Source: Pseudomonadota bacterium (GTDB lineage: Bacteria > Pseudomonadota > Gammaproteobacteria > Steroidobacterales > Rariloculaceae). Taken from it: a stretch of DNA of 64,000 bases. Below the pieces are notes generated by a model that did no database searches, was not told the origin of the DNA, and worked only from the letters and a program-made list of their open reading frames with translations. The stretch covers positions 208,138 to 272,137 of the forward strand of contig JAYZFC010000002.1 in the NCBI GenBank assembly GCA_036337035.1, given 5' to 3'. Position numbers and translations under genes: made by a program. Positions 10,172-19,798 of the stretch are shown one piece after another (the stretch's first letter is position 1; every line of letters begins with the position of its first letter).

Positions 10172-11245
10172 TTATACAAAATCTTTATAAGAAATAATAT
10201 GGTTTTTTTCTAAATCTAAAAGTGCAGTCCTTCCCTCAACTTCATAATATTTATTAGGCAGAATTCCTTCTTCTTTTTTTGTAACTACAGTTCTTAAGTT
10301 ACTAAAATTTAATTTATCACCTTTCTTTATCTCTTTAGAGGTAATTATTCTTTTAGATAGTACGCTATGTAATACACTTTCTGAATCTAAGAACACTTTA
10401 TTTGTATCTCCTAGAGCAATTTTTATTTTATTCGAATCAACTATTAGTTCTTTAAATTCATTAAACTCTAACGATGCATTCTGATCAGGTCCGCTCATTT
10501 TACGACTCAATGTAACATGCTTCTCGATAACTTCAGCACCCAAGGCAACCGCCCCTAAGGTACCAGTATCCCCTACTCCATGGCCTGAAAAACCAACATC
10601 TTGATTAAAAAGATTTTGTAAAATAGGAATACATCTTAGATTTTTATCTTCTAACTCGCTTGGGTAAGCTGATGTGCAATGAAGAAACATTAAAGGACAG
10701 CTAGCTTTATTAAAAATTTGCCATGTATTATTAATTTCAGCCCAATTACACATACCAACACTTGCTATAACTGGTATTTTTTTAGAGGCTACAAGCTCCA
10801 TAAACCAAAAATTATTTGTATCAATACTAGCTATCTTTATAACCTTTGCTTTATTTTTTACTAGAAAGTCTAAGCTATCTTCATCCCATGGGCTAATAAT
10901 ATAATCTAACCCTTGCTTTGTTGCATGATCCCACAACTCAAGATGTTGTTCATCACTTAACTCTAGCCTAAGGTCAGGATAATCCCATGTACCAAATGCT
11001 TTTGACTCATCAGGAAAATCATTTTCATTCTTGCTAAGGTAACCTGTTGGTTCCTCAATTTTAACTCCATCTAAGAGTAGATATTCTGGGTTTCTTTTTT
11101 GAAACTTAACTGCTTTAGCTCCAGCTTCTTTTGATTTGTCGATCATATTTATCGCTAGATCAAATAGACCATTATGATTAATTCCTATTTCTGCTATAAA
11201 ATATAGCTCATCCTCTTTAGCAAGGTATTGTTTCTTAAAGCTCAT
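10172..11245 (-). CDS. NeuB-family PEP-dependent ulosonic acid synthase with C-terminal SAF domain (divergent)
   Basis: 357 aa. FIAEIGINHNG...AGAKAVKFQ, HCTSAYP and GAEVIEKHVTL match the NeuB/PseI/LegI family. The usual SDHT motif reads SGHG, and there is an extra ~40-aa segment after the KFQ motif. Confidence 0.75.
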   Translation of the reverse strand: MSFKKQYLAKEDELYFIAEIGINHNGLFDLAINMIDKSKEAGAKAVKFQKRNPEYLLLDGVKIEEPTGYLSKNENDFPDESKAFGTWDYPDLRLELSDEQHLELWDHATKQGLDYIISPWDEDSLDFLVKNKAKVIKIASIDTNNFWFMELVASKKIPVIASVGMCNWAEINNTWQIFNKASCPLMFLHCTSAYPSELEDKNLRCIPILQNLFNQDVGFSGHGVGDTGTLGAVALGAEVIEKHVTLSRKMSGPDQNASLEFNEFKELIVDSNKIKIALGDTNKVFLDSESVLHSVLSKRIITSKEIKKGDKLNFSNLRTVVTKKEEGILPNKYYEVEGRTALLDLEKNHIISYKDFV

Positions 11246-11509
11246 GATTAATGTCCCAAAATATTGATTGTTTTATAGGATACCCTAATATTTTCGTTAG
11301 GGCTGCTCTTATATAACTAATTATAAAAAATAACACTTAAAAAATTAAATATTTTAACAAAATATAATTATATAATAACTTTTATCTTATTGATTTAGAG
11401 TTAAGATAGATTTTTTTGTTGGTAATTAAAGAGTAATTGCCATACATTTGTAATACAGCTAATGAATCGTAGATGTGGTAAAAAATTGAAGCCCTTATAA
11501 AAAAGGCTT

Positions 11510-11600
11510 GGAGAGATGGCTGAGTGGCTGAAAGCGCTCCCCTGCTAAGGGAGTATACATTAATAGTGTATCGAGGGTTCGAATCCCTCTCTCTCCGCCA
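11510..11600 (+). tRNA. tRNA-Ser (anticodon GCU), class II with long variable arm, encoded CCA
   Basis: Hand-folded. Acceptor GGAGAGA/TCTCTCC. D arm GCT-GAGTGGCTGAA-AGC. Anticodon arm CTCCC-CTGCTAA-GGGAG. 19-nt variable arm. T arm GAGGG-TTCGAAT-CCCTC. Discriminator G followed by CCA. Confidence 0.92.
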
Positions 11601-11646
11601 GATTTAAAATACTTTAAAATGTTGATAATGAAATAAGGAAATTTTT

Positions 11647-12612
11647 ATGAATAGATCTTTAATATTAATGCTTTTTTGTTGTGTTCAAAGTTCTTTGATT
11701 GCTCAAACTCTTGTTCCATCAGATATACCCTGGATACGCCTAGATCAAAATTTTAGCAGTGGAGATTCATGGGAACTCCAATTAGTGCCAACCCAAGATG
11801 AACTCTATGTTCCAATAGGTTTAGTAAAGCCGGAAGGAGACGGTCCTTTTCCTATTATACTAATTGGATCTGGACAAGGCATAAACGGAATAAAAAAAAT
11901 ACAAGATCAAATGGATATATCTCATGGCTTAATGATGCGCTTAGCTAAAAGAGGTTATGCATCTGCTTTTGTAAATTTTAGAAACGAGGTACCAGAGCTT
12001 TATAATGAAGTTGGAGATGCAACCTTAATTGAGGATAATGTCAGTGGCGGCTACCGTACTCTTCGGTCTAGAGGGAGCCTTGATTCAGATGATTTTATTT
12101 CTATCATAAGGCATATTGGGAGTTTGTCTTATATTGACTCTAACCATATTGGCGCAATAGGCAGTAGTCATTCAGGAGAAATTATCATGAAGGCTGTATC
12201 AGATAGTAACTTATTAGCTGCTGCTGTTCCTGCAGAAGCCGCAGTTAGAGAATACCTACTTGTAAGCGATGCTGATGCTCCTAGAGATGAAACAGGAACA
12301 GAGCTTCAATTACAGGATTTAGATTACGTAAGAAGCATCTCTAATCGGGAACGTGCAATGGAAAGAATTAATAGGATCAATACTCCTCTCCTAATTATGG
12401 GAAGAGATGGTGATCACCTGCAAGGCTTGTTTGAATTATTATTTGAGTGGGTAGATGAATCAAAAAAGAATGTAAGGTGGTTATCCTATAGTCATCATGA
12501 ACATGGATATGTCTTACTTCGTAACCTTCCTGATGGTTCCTTTTCTCCAGATAGAATCCAAGAGTTAGCTTATAAGGAATATATAGAATTTTTTGATAAA
12601 TATCTAAAGTAA
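11647..12612 (+). CDS. secreted alpha/beta hydrolase (dienelactone hydrolase / prolyl oligopeptidase-like)
   Basis: N-terminal signal peptide (LILMLFCCVQSSLIAQ). GSSHSG nucleophile elbow. A late DGD...H stretch is consistent with a Ser-Asp-His triad. Confidence 0.6.
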   Translation: MNRSLILMLFCCVQSSLIAQTLVPSDIPWIRLDQNFSSGDSWELQLVPTQDELYVPIGLVKPEGDGPFPIILIGSGQGINGIKKIQDQMDISHGLMMRLAKRGYASAFVNFRNEVPELYNEVGDATLIEDNVSGGYRTLRSRGSLDSDDFISIIRHIGSLSYIDSNHIGAIGSSHSGEIIMKAVSDSNLLAAAVPAEAAVREYLLVSDADAPRDETGTELQLQDLDYVRSISNRERAMERINRINTPLLIMGRDGDHLQGLFELLFEWVDESKKNVRWLSYSHHEHGYVLLRNLPDGSFSPDRIQELAYKEYIEFFDKYLK

Positions 12613-12623
12613 GGAGTTAATCA

Positions 12624-13685
12624 ATGAATAGGAGATTATTTTTAGAAAACGCAGTAAAAATATCAGCTGGAACATTGCTTTCAAATACATCATTAAATGC
12701 CTTCGCACAATCCAGAAAAGAAGTTTTATTGAATGGTAAAAAAGCAACTATTATTGATATTCATGCACATTGTCTTTTTCGAGAAGTCGCTCCTTTAATT
12801 ACAGGAACTAAACTAGGAAATGCCTCTCTTGATGACATTCTTGTATTAGGAACTCATAGAATTGATGATCTAGATGAAAGAGGAATCGATATTGCTGCAC
12901 TTAGCGTTAATCGATTTTGGTGGTATGAAGGCGACGACCTAGATCAGGCTAAAGCAATTGTAAGAATCAATGATGAAGGTGTGGCTAATTGGTGTAATAG
13001 ATACCCAGATAGATTTATAGGTCTTTCTTCGCCGGCTCTTCAGTTCCCAGAATTAGCTGCAGAACAGGTTGAATATGCTGTTAGAGAATTAGGTCATGTC
13101 GGAGTTTGCATAGGCGGTCATGCCCAAGGAGAGGTGCCCTCTTCCAAAAAATATGACCCTTTTTGGAGCAAAGTTCAAGAATTAGGAGTCCCTATTTTTA
13201 TGCATCCTGATGGCTCTAGGAATATCATCCAACCAGGTGCTTTAGGTGGGGCTGGTGGATTAGACAATGTTATTGGAAATCCCCTAGAAACAACACTTTT
13301 TCTGTCTAAAATAATTTTTGATGGTACTTTAGACCGCTTTCCTTCAGTTAAAGTAGTAGCAGCCCATGGAGGTGGTTATTTTCCTTCATACTTAGGTAGG
13401 TCTGAAGTTGCATGTATTAGAAATAATTCTAACTGCATCAATAAACGAAAACCAAGTGAATACCTAAAAGATCAGATTTTAATTGATACAATGATTTTTA
13501 ATGAAGATAGTCTTCGTCACCTAGTTAATGTTGCCGGAACTGGACAAATAGTTTACGGATCTGATATGCCATTTGCCTGGCCAGATACAATAGATTTGGT
13601 TGTTAATGCTAACTTCTTAAGTAATGAAGAAAAAAGAGCAATTCTTGGAGGAAATCTAATAAAATTACTTAACTTAAATATTTAA
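12624..13685 (+). CDS. amidohydrolase-2 (ACMSD-like) family metal hydrolase/decarboxylase with a Tat-like signal
   Basis: MNRRLFLEN...AFAQ resembles a twin-arginine leader. IIDIHAHC, FMHP, AAHGGG and GSDMPF match amidohydrolase_2 metal-ligand positions. Confidence 0.65.
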   Translation: MNRRLFLENAVKISAGTLLSNTSLNAFAQSRKEVLLNGKKATIIDIHAHCLFREVAPLITGTKLGNASLDDILVLGTHRIDDLDERGIDIAALSVNRFWWYEGDDLDQAKAIVRINDEGVANWCNRYPDRFIGLSSPALQFPELAAEQVEYAVRELGHVGVCIGGHAQGEVPSSKKYDPFWSKVQELGVPIFMHPDGSRNIIQPGALGGAGGLDNVIGNPLETTLFLSKIIFDGTLDRFPSVKVVAAHGGGYFPSYLGRSEVACIRNNSNCINKRKPSEYLKDQILIDTMIFNEDSLRHLVNVAGTGQIVYGSDMPFAWPDTIDLVVNANFLSNEEKRAILGGNLIKLLNLNI

Positions 13686-13735
13686 TTATTTTCAAATAAA
13701 TATATGCTATAGGTATCATCTAGGGAGATTTTCTG

Positions 13736-14197
13736 ATGGCAATTGAATTAAAAATTAATGGGGACTTAAAAGCAATAGATGCTGAGCCATCTACACCTCT
13801 GCTATACATTCTCCGACAGGATCTTGAGCTTAACGGCCCTAAATTTGGTTGTGGTGTTGCACAATGCGGTGCCTGTACTGTTCTTGTTGATAAACAACCC
13901 ATTAGAGCTTGTGTAACTCCTATTTCGGCCCTAATAGGAAGAGATATTACTACTTTAGAAGGTCTAGGTAATGAAGATTCTCCGCACCCCTTACAGACCG
14001 CTTTTATTGAAGAACAAGCAGCCCAATGTGGTTTCTGCTCTAATGGAATGATAATGTCAGCAGCAGCATTATTAGAAAACAACCCAAATCCTACAGATCA
14101 GGAAATCAAAGATTCTCTAAATGCAAATCTATGTCGATGCGGTACTCATACGAGAATACTTAAAGCTGTAAAAAAAGCAGCAGGAAACCATTCATGA
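13736..14197 (+). CDS. [2Fe-2S]-binding small subunit of a xanthine-oxidase-family molybdoenzyme (IorA-like)
   Basis: 153 aa. GCGVAQCGACTV and CGFCSNGMI...CRCGTH are the two canonical 2Fe-2S motifs. Overlaps the next gene by 4 nt. Confidence 0.88.
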   Translation: MAIELKINGDLKAIDAEPSTPLLYILRQDLELNGPKFGCGVAQCGACTVLVDKQPIRACVTPISALIGRDITTLEGLGNEDSPHPLQTAFIEEQAAQCGFCSNGMIMSAAALLENNPNPTDQEIKDSLNANLCRCGTHTRILKAVKKAAGNHS

Positions 14198-16425
14198 AAA
14201 AAGATATTGAGATATCAAGAAGAGTTTTTCTGCAAAGCATATCAGCTCTAGCAATCCAAGTTACCATTCCTAATCTTTCTTTCTCTCAAGAGGATTTGCC
14301 TCGAAGTATTTCAGATAACCCTCATCTTAATATTTGGCTGAAAATAAATGCTAATAAAACGGTCTCTCTATCAATGGGAAAGGCAGAGCTTGGTCAAGGT
14401 ATCAGGACTTCCTTAGCGCAAATAGCAGCAGAAGAGTTAGATCTAGATTTCAGCAGAATTATAGTAGAAACATTAGATACTGATAAATCACCAACAGAAG
14501 GTAGAACTACTGGAAGCACTTCTATTGAAAGAAGTGGAGTGGCCGTAAGAATGGCATCTTCCGAAGCTCGTCATATTCTCCTTAAAAATGCTGCAACAAA
14601 TCTATCCTCTAAATTAGATGAGTTATCTGTAGATAATGGAAAAATACTTATAAACGGAAAATATTCTAAGTTAACTTACTGGGACCTTCTAGGTAATAAA
14701 AGTTTTGATACAAAAATATCTGGCCTTGTCTCGCCTAAAAATCCAGAAAATCATAAAATAATTGGCACATCCCAAAAAAGACTTGATATACCTGCAAAAG
14801 TGTTTGGGGATCCATCATATGTTCAAGATATGATAATGCCAAATATGCTTCATGCAAGAATGGTAAGATCTGAAATAGATAGTGCTAATTTAATTTCTAC
14901 TCAGCCAGAAGCAATAGACCACATTAATGGCATTGTATCAGTAGTTCAAGATGGTTCTTTTTTGGCAGTTGTTGCAGAAAGAGAAGAACAAGCAATTTCT
15001 GGTGCTGAAACATTAAAAAACGTTACTGTCTGGGAACAGTTTAAAGAACTTCCTAATCAAGACAAATTTCCCGATATTCTTCGTGAGTTAGAAGCTCTAG
15101 ATCCAGAAGTTATTTTTGATCAACAGTCGCCGTCTACAAACATAAAATCTAGCAATATGAGAGAATTTACTGCTAATTATTCTAGGCCTTATATTGCACA
15201 TGCTGCTTTATCTCCTTCAGCTGCTGTAGCACTTTGGGATGGAAATAGGCTGACGGTTTGGAGTCACACTCAAGGAGTCTTCGAATTAAAAGGGACTCTT
15301 TCTACAGCACTAAGTATAGAAGAATCAAAAGTTAGATGTATCCATGTAGAAGGTGCAGGTTGCTATGGACATAATGGTGCAGATGATGCAGGTCTTGATG
15401 CTGCTCTTATAGCAATGAAGTTTGAAGGGCGTCCAATTAAGCTTGTATGGTCTAGAGAAGATGAGTTTAGAAGAGAGCCTTATGGATCTGCAACTAGCAT
15501 TAAGATTTCTGCAAATCTTGATAGCTCTAATATGATTTCCAACTGGGACTATCATCACTGGACCTGTACGCATTCAACAAGACCTTCAGGAGGAGTTGGT
15601 GCTGCTAATTTATACGCATCTTTTGAAAAAAATAATCCTTTACCTGATTCAGCAAGATACACTCTTCGTAACAGATTTAATGGAGGAGATAGAAATGCTA
15701 TAGCCCTTTATTCCTTACCACAACATCGTGTAACTAGGCATTTGATATCTGAAAATCCCTTAAGAGTATCTGCCCTAAGAGGTTTAGGGGCTCATGCTAA
15801 TGTATTTGCAATAGAATCATTTATGGATGAGCTTGCTACAGAAGCCAACCAAGATCCAATTGATTTTCGAATAAAACATCTTGAGGATTATCGTGCTATA
15901 GCAGTACTTGAAGAAGCAAGAAAACTAGCAAATAACAAAGAAAAATTAGAAATTTCTGATAATGTAGGTAGGGGCGTTGGATTCGCCCGTTATAAAAATA
16001 CCGGTACTTATTTTGCTGTAATTGTAGATATAGGTGTTAACTTAAATTCTGGAGCTATTAAAGTACATAGAGCATTTGCAGCAGTGGACCCTGGTCAAAT
16101 CATCAATCCTGATGGAGTGAAAAATCAAATAGAGGGCGGCATAATACAAGCCACAAGCTGGACTCTAAAAGAATCAGTAAAATTTTCTACTTCTGGAATT
16201 CAAAGTACCGACTGGATAACTTACCCAATTTTACGCTTTACTGAAGTTCCATCAGTAGAAGTTAGCCTTATAAATAGACCAAAATTAGCTTCTTCGGGTC
16301 CTAGCGAATGTGCTCAAGGCCCAACATCTGCAGCTATCGCTAATGCAGTTTCAAATGCTATCAATATTCGAATCAGAGACTTACCACTTTCGCAAGAAAA
16401 ATTAAGCCTAAAACTTAATTCATAA
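14194..16425 (+). CDS. molybdopterin-binding large subunit (IorB / aldehyde oxidase-xanthine dehydrogenase family) with Tat signal
   Basis: 743 aa. SRRVFLQS twin-arginine leader. MGKAELGQGIRTSLAQIAAEEL and GAGCYGHNG blocks are typical of isoquinoline 1-oxidoreductase beta-type subunits. Confidence 0.85.
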   Translation: MKKDIEISRRVFLQSISALAIQVTIPNLSFSQEDLPRSISDNPHLNIWLKINANKTVSLSMGKAELGQGIRTSLAQIAAEELDLDFSRIIVETLDTDKSPTEGRTTGSTSIERSGVAVRMASSEARHILLKNAATNLSSKLDELSVDNGKILINGKYSKLTYWDLLGNKSFDTKISGLVSPKNPENHKIIGTSQKRLDIPAKVFGDPSYVQDMIMPNMLHARMVRSEIDSANLISTQPEAIDHINGIVSVVQDGSFLAVVAEREEQAISGAETLKNVTVWEQFKELPNQDKFPDILRELEALDPEVIFDQQSPSTNIKSSNMREFTANYSRPYIAHAALSPSAAVALWDGNRLTVWSHTQGVFELKGTLSTALSIEESKVRCIHVEGAGCYGHNGADDAGLDAALIAMKFEGRPIKLVWSREDEFRREPYGSATSIKISANLDSSNMISNWDYHHWTCTHSTRPSGGVGAANLYASFEKNNPLPDSARYTLRNRFNGGDRNAIALYSLPQHRVTRHLISENPLRVSALRGLGAHANVFAIESFMDELATEANQDPIDFRIKHLEDYRAIAVLEEARKLANNKEKLEISDNVGRGVGFARYKNTGTYFAVIVDIGVNLNSGAIKVHRAFAAVDPGQIINPDGVKNQIEGGIIQATSWTLKESVKFSTSGIQSTDWITYPILRFTEVPSVEVSLINRPKLASSGPSECAQGPTSAAIANAVSNAINIRIRDLPLSQEKLSLKLNS

Positions 16426-16451
16426 TCAACATTAATTTGGAGACAACAATA

Positions 16452-17900
16452 ATGAAAAAGAATCTAATTAATTTTTTCTTAATCATCATTATAACTGGAT
16501 GTAATAATTCCTCCTCTGAAAGAAATATAAGTATGCCAAATAATAAAAATAGCAATGAAGAATCTTGGAACATGTCTTTAGTAGGATCAAATAACTTACA
16601 AGGTAGAAGTGCTTATCATGCAGTTCCTCATCGCTATGATGATAGATATATTTTATTTGTTGGACATCATTCTGGCGAAAAGGTAAACAGTTTGAATGGC
16701 AAAGTAGAAACTAATGGTATGTCTATTCTTGATATCACTAACCCAAGTAAACCAACATACTTACATCATCAACCTCCATCAGAAGGGGCAGAAAATAGGC
16801 AGCACGTGCAAGTATGTAATGGCAATGACCTACCTAATGCTAACCCTGAAAAAGTATATTTGATTAATACCAATGGAAGTCTCGGTGCAGAGCTATTAGA
16901 TGTTAGTGATCCAGAAAAACCCCAAATCATTGGAATGATCTATTATACTGGCACAACAGACCAAGGAGGAAAACAAACTCATAAAATTTATTGGGATTGC
17001 GAATCAGGAATTGCATATTTAAATGGTACTCCTGAAGGGTGGCGTATCCGAAGAGTACTTCAATTATTTGATATGAGCAATCCCCTTGAACCAAAGCATA
17101 TTCGTAATTTTGCATTAGACGGAAGTCAACCAGGTGCTGAAGGTCCTATTGGAACGCCTTTGCATGCTCCTTTCGCTTTTGGCGATAGGGTATATTTAGG
17201 ATATGGTGCAAGCGATGATGGAGTTATGCAAATTCTAGATCGAGATAAGCTTATCAATGGTGATCCAGAATCAAGCGAACCTTTCAAGCCTACCAAAGAA
17301 AATCTTTTATATCCTCAGATAAGTCGTTTAGATATGCCAGAATATTATGGCGCACACTCAGTAAAGCCTTTATTTAATTTAGAAGTTAAAGATTTTGTTG
17401 ATACAGAAAAAAATAAATTTTTAAACCTAGCTTTACTTGCATCAGAAGAAATAGGCATAGGCAACTGCTCAACAGATAGAGATATGTTATTTATTGTTGA
17501 TATAACAGACGAAGATAAACCATTTCCTATTTCTTCATTCCAAGCTAAAGAAGATCTTGGTAATTTTTGTGAGCGTGGACTTCGTTTTGGATTGCATTCT
17601 GTGAATGACAACTACCATCCTAATTTTGATAATTCTCTAGTAATAATGTCATACTTTAATGGAGGTACAAGAGTTGCGGATATCCGTGATCCTTTTAATC
17701 CAGTTGAAGTAGCTTATTTTGTTCCTCAAATAAATGATTTTACTCAAGAGATTTGTAGTAATGAAGAGTGTTTCAGACAAATACAAACTAATAATGTAGA
17801 TATTGATGATCGTGGGTTTATTTTTTCGGTTGATAGAGCAGGAAGTGGGCTTCATATACTAGAATTAACAGGAGAAGCAAAAAAAATTGCTGGTTTATAA
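16452..17900 (+). CDS. LVIVD-repeat beta-propeller lipoprotein
   Basis: Lipobox LIIIITGC. Recurring repeats MSILDITNPSKP, AELLDVSDPEKP, LQLFDMSNPLEP, LFIVDITDEDKP, TRVADIRDPFNP. I prefer the ATG at 16452 (GGAG 9 nt upstream) over the TTG at 16437 used by the ORF track. Confidence 0.6.
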   Translation: MKKNLINFFLIIIITGCNNSSSERNISMPNNKNSNEESWNMSLVGSNNLQGRSAYHAVPHRYDDRYILFVGHHSGEKVNSLNGKVETNGMSILDITNPSKPTYLHHQPPSEGAENRQHVQVCNGNDLPNANPEKVYLINTNGSLGAELLDVSDPEKPQIIGMIYYTGTTDQGGKQTHKIYWDCESGIAYLNGTPEGWRIRRVLQLFDMSNPLEPKHIRNFALDGSQPGAEGPIGTPLHAPFAFGDRVYLGYGASDDGVMQILDRDKLINGDPESSEPFKPTKENLLYPQISRLDMPEYYGAHSVKPLFNLEVKDFVDTEKNKFLNLALLASEEIGIGNCSTDRDMLFIVDITDEDKPFPISSFQAKEDLGNFCERGLRFGLHSVNDNYHPNFDNSLVIMSYFNGGTRVADIRDPFNPVEVAYFVPQINDFTQEICSNEECFRQIQTNNVDIDDRGFIFSVDRAGSGLHILELTGEAKKIAGL

Positions 17901-17903
17901 TTT

Positions 17904-18332
17904 ATGAAAAATAAAGTAGCTTTTCTTTCATTAATATTTATATCAGTAATAGCTTTAAGTAATATGGATTCTTTCAAAAACCCAAATAATGATCAGTTAT
18001 CTAAAATTAAAGTCATTAGTGTGATTGAACTTAATAATATTAATCAAAAAATTAATAGTAATAATTTATTACTTGATGTTCGAACTGAAGAAGAATTCAA
18101 TCTAGGACATATTCCTAACGCCATAAACATTCCACACGAGTTGCTTCTAAATAACCTAACTACCTTAAATAAGCATAAGGAAAAAAATATTTATGTTTAT
18201 TGTAGAAGTGGGCCAAGAGCTAGTCTGGTCATAAATAAATTGCTGAGTAATGGCTTTAATAATATCATAGATGTTGAAGGTGACTTTTTATCTTGGGTAA
18301 ATGCGGAATTGCCGATAGAAAAACCTGAATAG
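17904..18332 (+). CDS. exported single-domain rhodanese (sulfurtransferase)
   Basis: Signal-like N-terminus. LLLDVRTEEEFNLGHIPNAINIP and the active-site loop YCRSGPRA. Confidence 0.8.
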   Translation: MKNKVAFLSLIFISVIALSNMDSFKNPNNDQLSKIKVISVIELNNINQKINSNNLLLDVRTEEEFNLGHIPNAINIPHELLLNNLTTLNKHKEKNIYVYCRSGPRASLVINKLLSNGFNNIIDVEGDFLSWVNAELPIEKPE

Positions 18333-18341
18333 GAGAAATAG

Positions 18342-18581
18342 ATGAATGAACTAAATATTCAATTCTTTGCAGAACAAGTAGGTTTTTTTGTGATGAGTAT
18401 TACTTGGTTTTTAACTGCAATCGCGTTTGCAATTATATTTGTAAATTTAAAAGGCGAAGAAAAGCACTTAAGGTACCCTAATCCAATTCTAAAATTTTTA
18501 GGATTCACCACAATTATATGGATAAGTGTTTGGATTTTTTTATTAATTTTCTTCGCTATCTTAGACATCATATTCTCTTAG
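18342..18581 (+). CDS. small two-TM membrane protein, unknown function
   Basis: 79 aa with two hydrophobic helices. AGGAGA lies 6 nt upstream of the ATG. Spacing is 9 nt to both neighbouring genes. Confidence 0.45.
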   Translation: MNELNIQFFAEQVGFFVMSITWFLTAIAFAIIFVNLKGEEKHLRYPNPILKFLGFTTIIWISVWIFLLIFFAILDIIFS

Positions 18582-18590
18582 TAAGTTATC

Positions 18591-19781
18591 ATGCTTGACC
18601 AAGCTGTAATTTTATCAACGGCCCGAACACCAATAGGAAAAGCATATAAAGGAGCGTTCAATAATACTTATGGGGCAACACTAGCTGGTCATGTAATTCA
18701 TCATGCAATAAAAAGAAGTTGTGTTGATGTCAATGAAGTAGAAGATGTTGTTATGGGCTGTGGTAGACCGCAAGGAACTACAGGAAATAATATAGCAAGG
18801 CAAGGTGCTCTTCGAGCAGGCTTGCCAACTAAAGTTTCTGGGCTTACTGTAAGTAGACATTGCTCATCTGGCTTACAAGCAATTTCGGTAGCAGCCCAAA
18901 ATATAATTACGAATGATATTCAGGTATCAGTAGCAGGAGGAATTGAATCAATATCTCTAGTACAAAATGAGCACACCAATACTCACTTTATAAATGATCC
19001 TGAATTAATCAAATTGCAGCCAGATATTTTTATGTCAATGCTTGAAACTGCTGAGATAGTTGCAAAAAGATATAGAATCTCTAGAGAACAACAAGATGAA
19101 TATGCACTGATTAGCCAGAGGAGAACTCATGAGGCACAAAAAAAAGGTAAGTTTGATGATGAAATTATTGCTCTTGAATCAATTAAATTAGTAAAAGATA
19201 AAGAAAGTGGAAAAATTAAGAAGGAAAATATTAAAATTTTAAAAGATGAAGGTAATCGTCCCTCAACCTCCTTAGAAGGCCTCTCTAAACTAAAAACTGT
19301 TTTTGAAGGACCAGAAAAAACTATCACAGCTGGAAATGCATCTCAACTATCTGATGGGGCTTCAGCATCTGTTATAGTTAGTGAAAGGTATGCTGAAAAA
19401 AAAAGTTTGGAACCTTTAGCTGCTTATAAAGGTTTTGTAGTTGCGGGGTGTGATCCTGATGAAATGGGAATTGGGCCAGCTCTTGCTGTACCTAAGCTGC
19501 TTAAAAAACATAATTTAACTGTAAATGATATAGATTTGTGGGAGCTAAATGAAGCTTTTGCTGTCCAAACGATTTATTGTAGGGATCAGTTAGAAATACC
19601 TATGGAAATTATGAATGTTAATGGTGGGTCAATATCTATAGGTCATCCTTATGGAATGACTGGCGCTAGACTTGCTGGTCATGTAATTTTAGAAGGAAAA
19701 AGAAGAAAAGCTAAATATGTAGTAAGTACTATGTGTATTGGTGGTGGAATGGGTGCCGCTGCTTTATTTGAAATATTTTAA
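18591..19781 (+). CDS. acetyl-CoA C-acyltransferase (thiolase)
   Basis: 396 aa. [10 protein letters not shown] (active Cys), [22 protein letters not shown] and CIGGGMGAA. Confidence 0.92.
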   Translation: MLDQAVILSTARTPIGKAYKGAFNNTYGATLAGHVIHHAIKRSCVDVNEVEDVVMGCGRPQGTTGNNIARQGALRAGLPTKVSGLTVSRHCSSGLQAISVAAQNIITNDIQVSVAGGIESISLVQNEHTNTHFINDPELIKLQPDIFMSMLETAEIVAKRYRISREQQDEYALISQRRTHEAQKKGKFDDEIIALESIKLVKDKESGKIKKENIKILKDEGNRPSTSLEGLSKLKTVFEGPEKTITAGNASQLSDGASASVIVSERYAEKKSLEPLAAYKGFVVAGCDPDEMGIGPALAVPKLLKKHNLTVNDIDLWELNEAFAVQTIYCRDQLEIPMEIMNVNGGSISIGHPYGMTGARLAGHVILEGKRRKAKYVVSTMCIGGGMGAAALFEIF

Positions 19782-19798
19782 TGTTAAGGTTTTGATTT

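Noticed and set aside
11246-11646. Possible genomic island boundary at tRNA-Ser, since the sugar operon lies on one side and the exported-enzyme block on the other.
   Set aside because: No integrase, transposase or excisionase ORF is present. I could find no direct repeat of the tRNA 3' end elsewhere in the window. Accessory character of either block cannot be established without genome comparison or composition statistics, which I did not compute.
13720-14082. 120-aa minus-strand ORF antisense to the 2Fe-2S subunit gene.
   Set aside because: It lies entirely inside a gene with unmistakable 2Fe-2S motifs. Its product is low-complexity (Ser/Pro/Ala/Arg-rich), as expected for an antisense frame.
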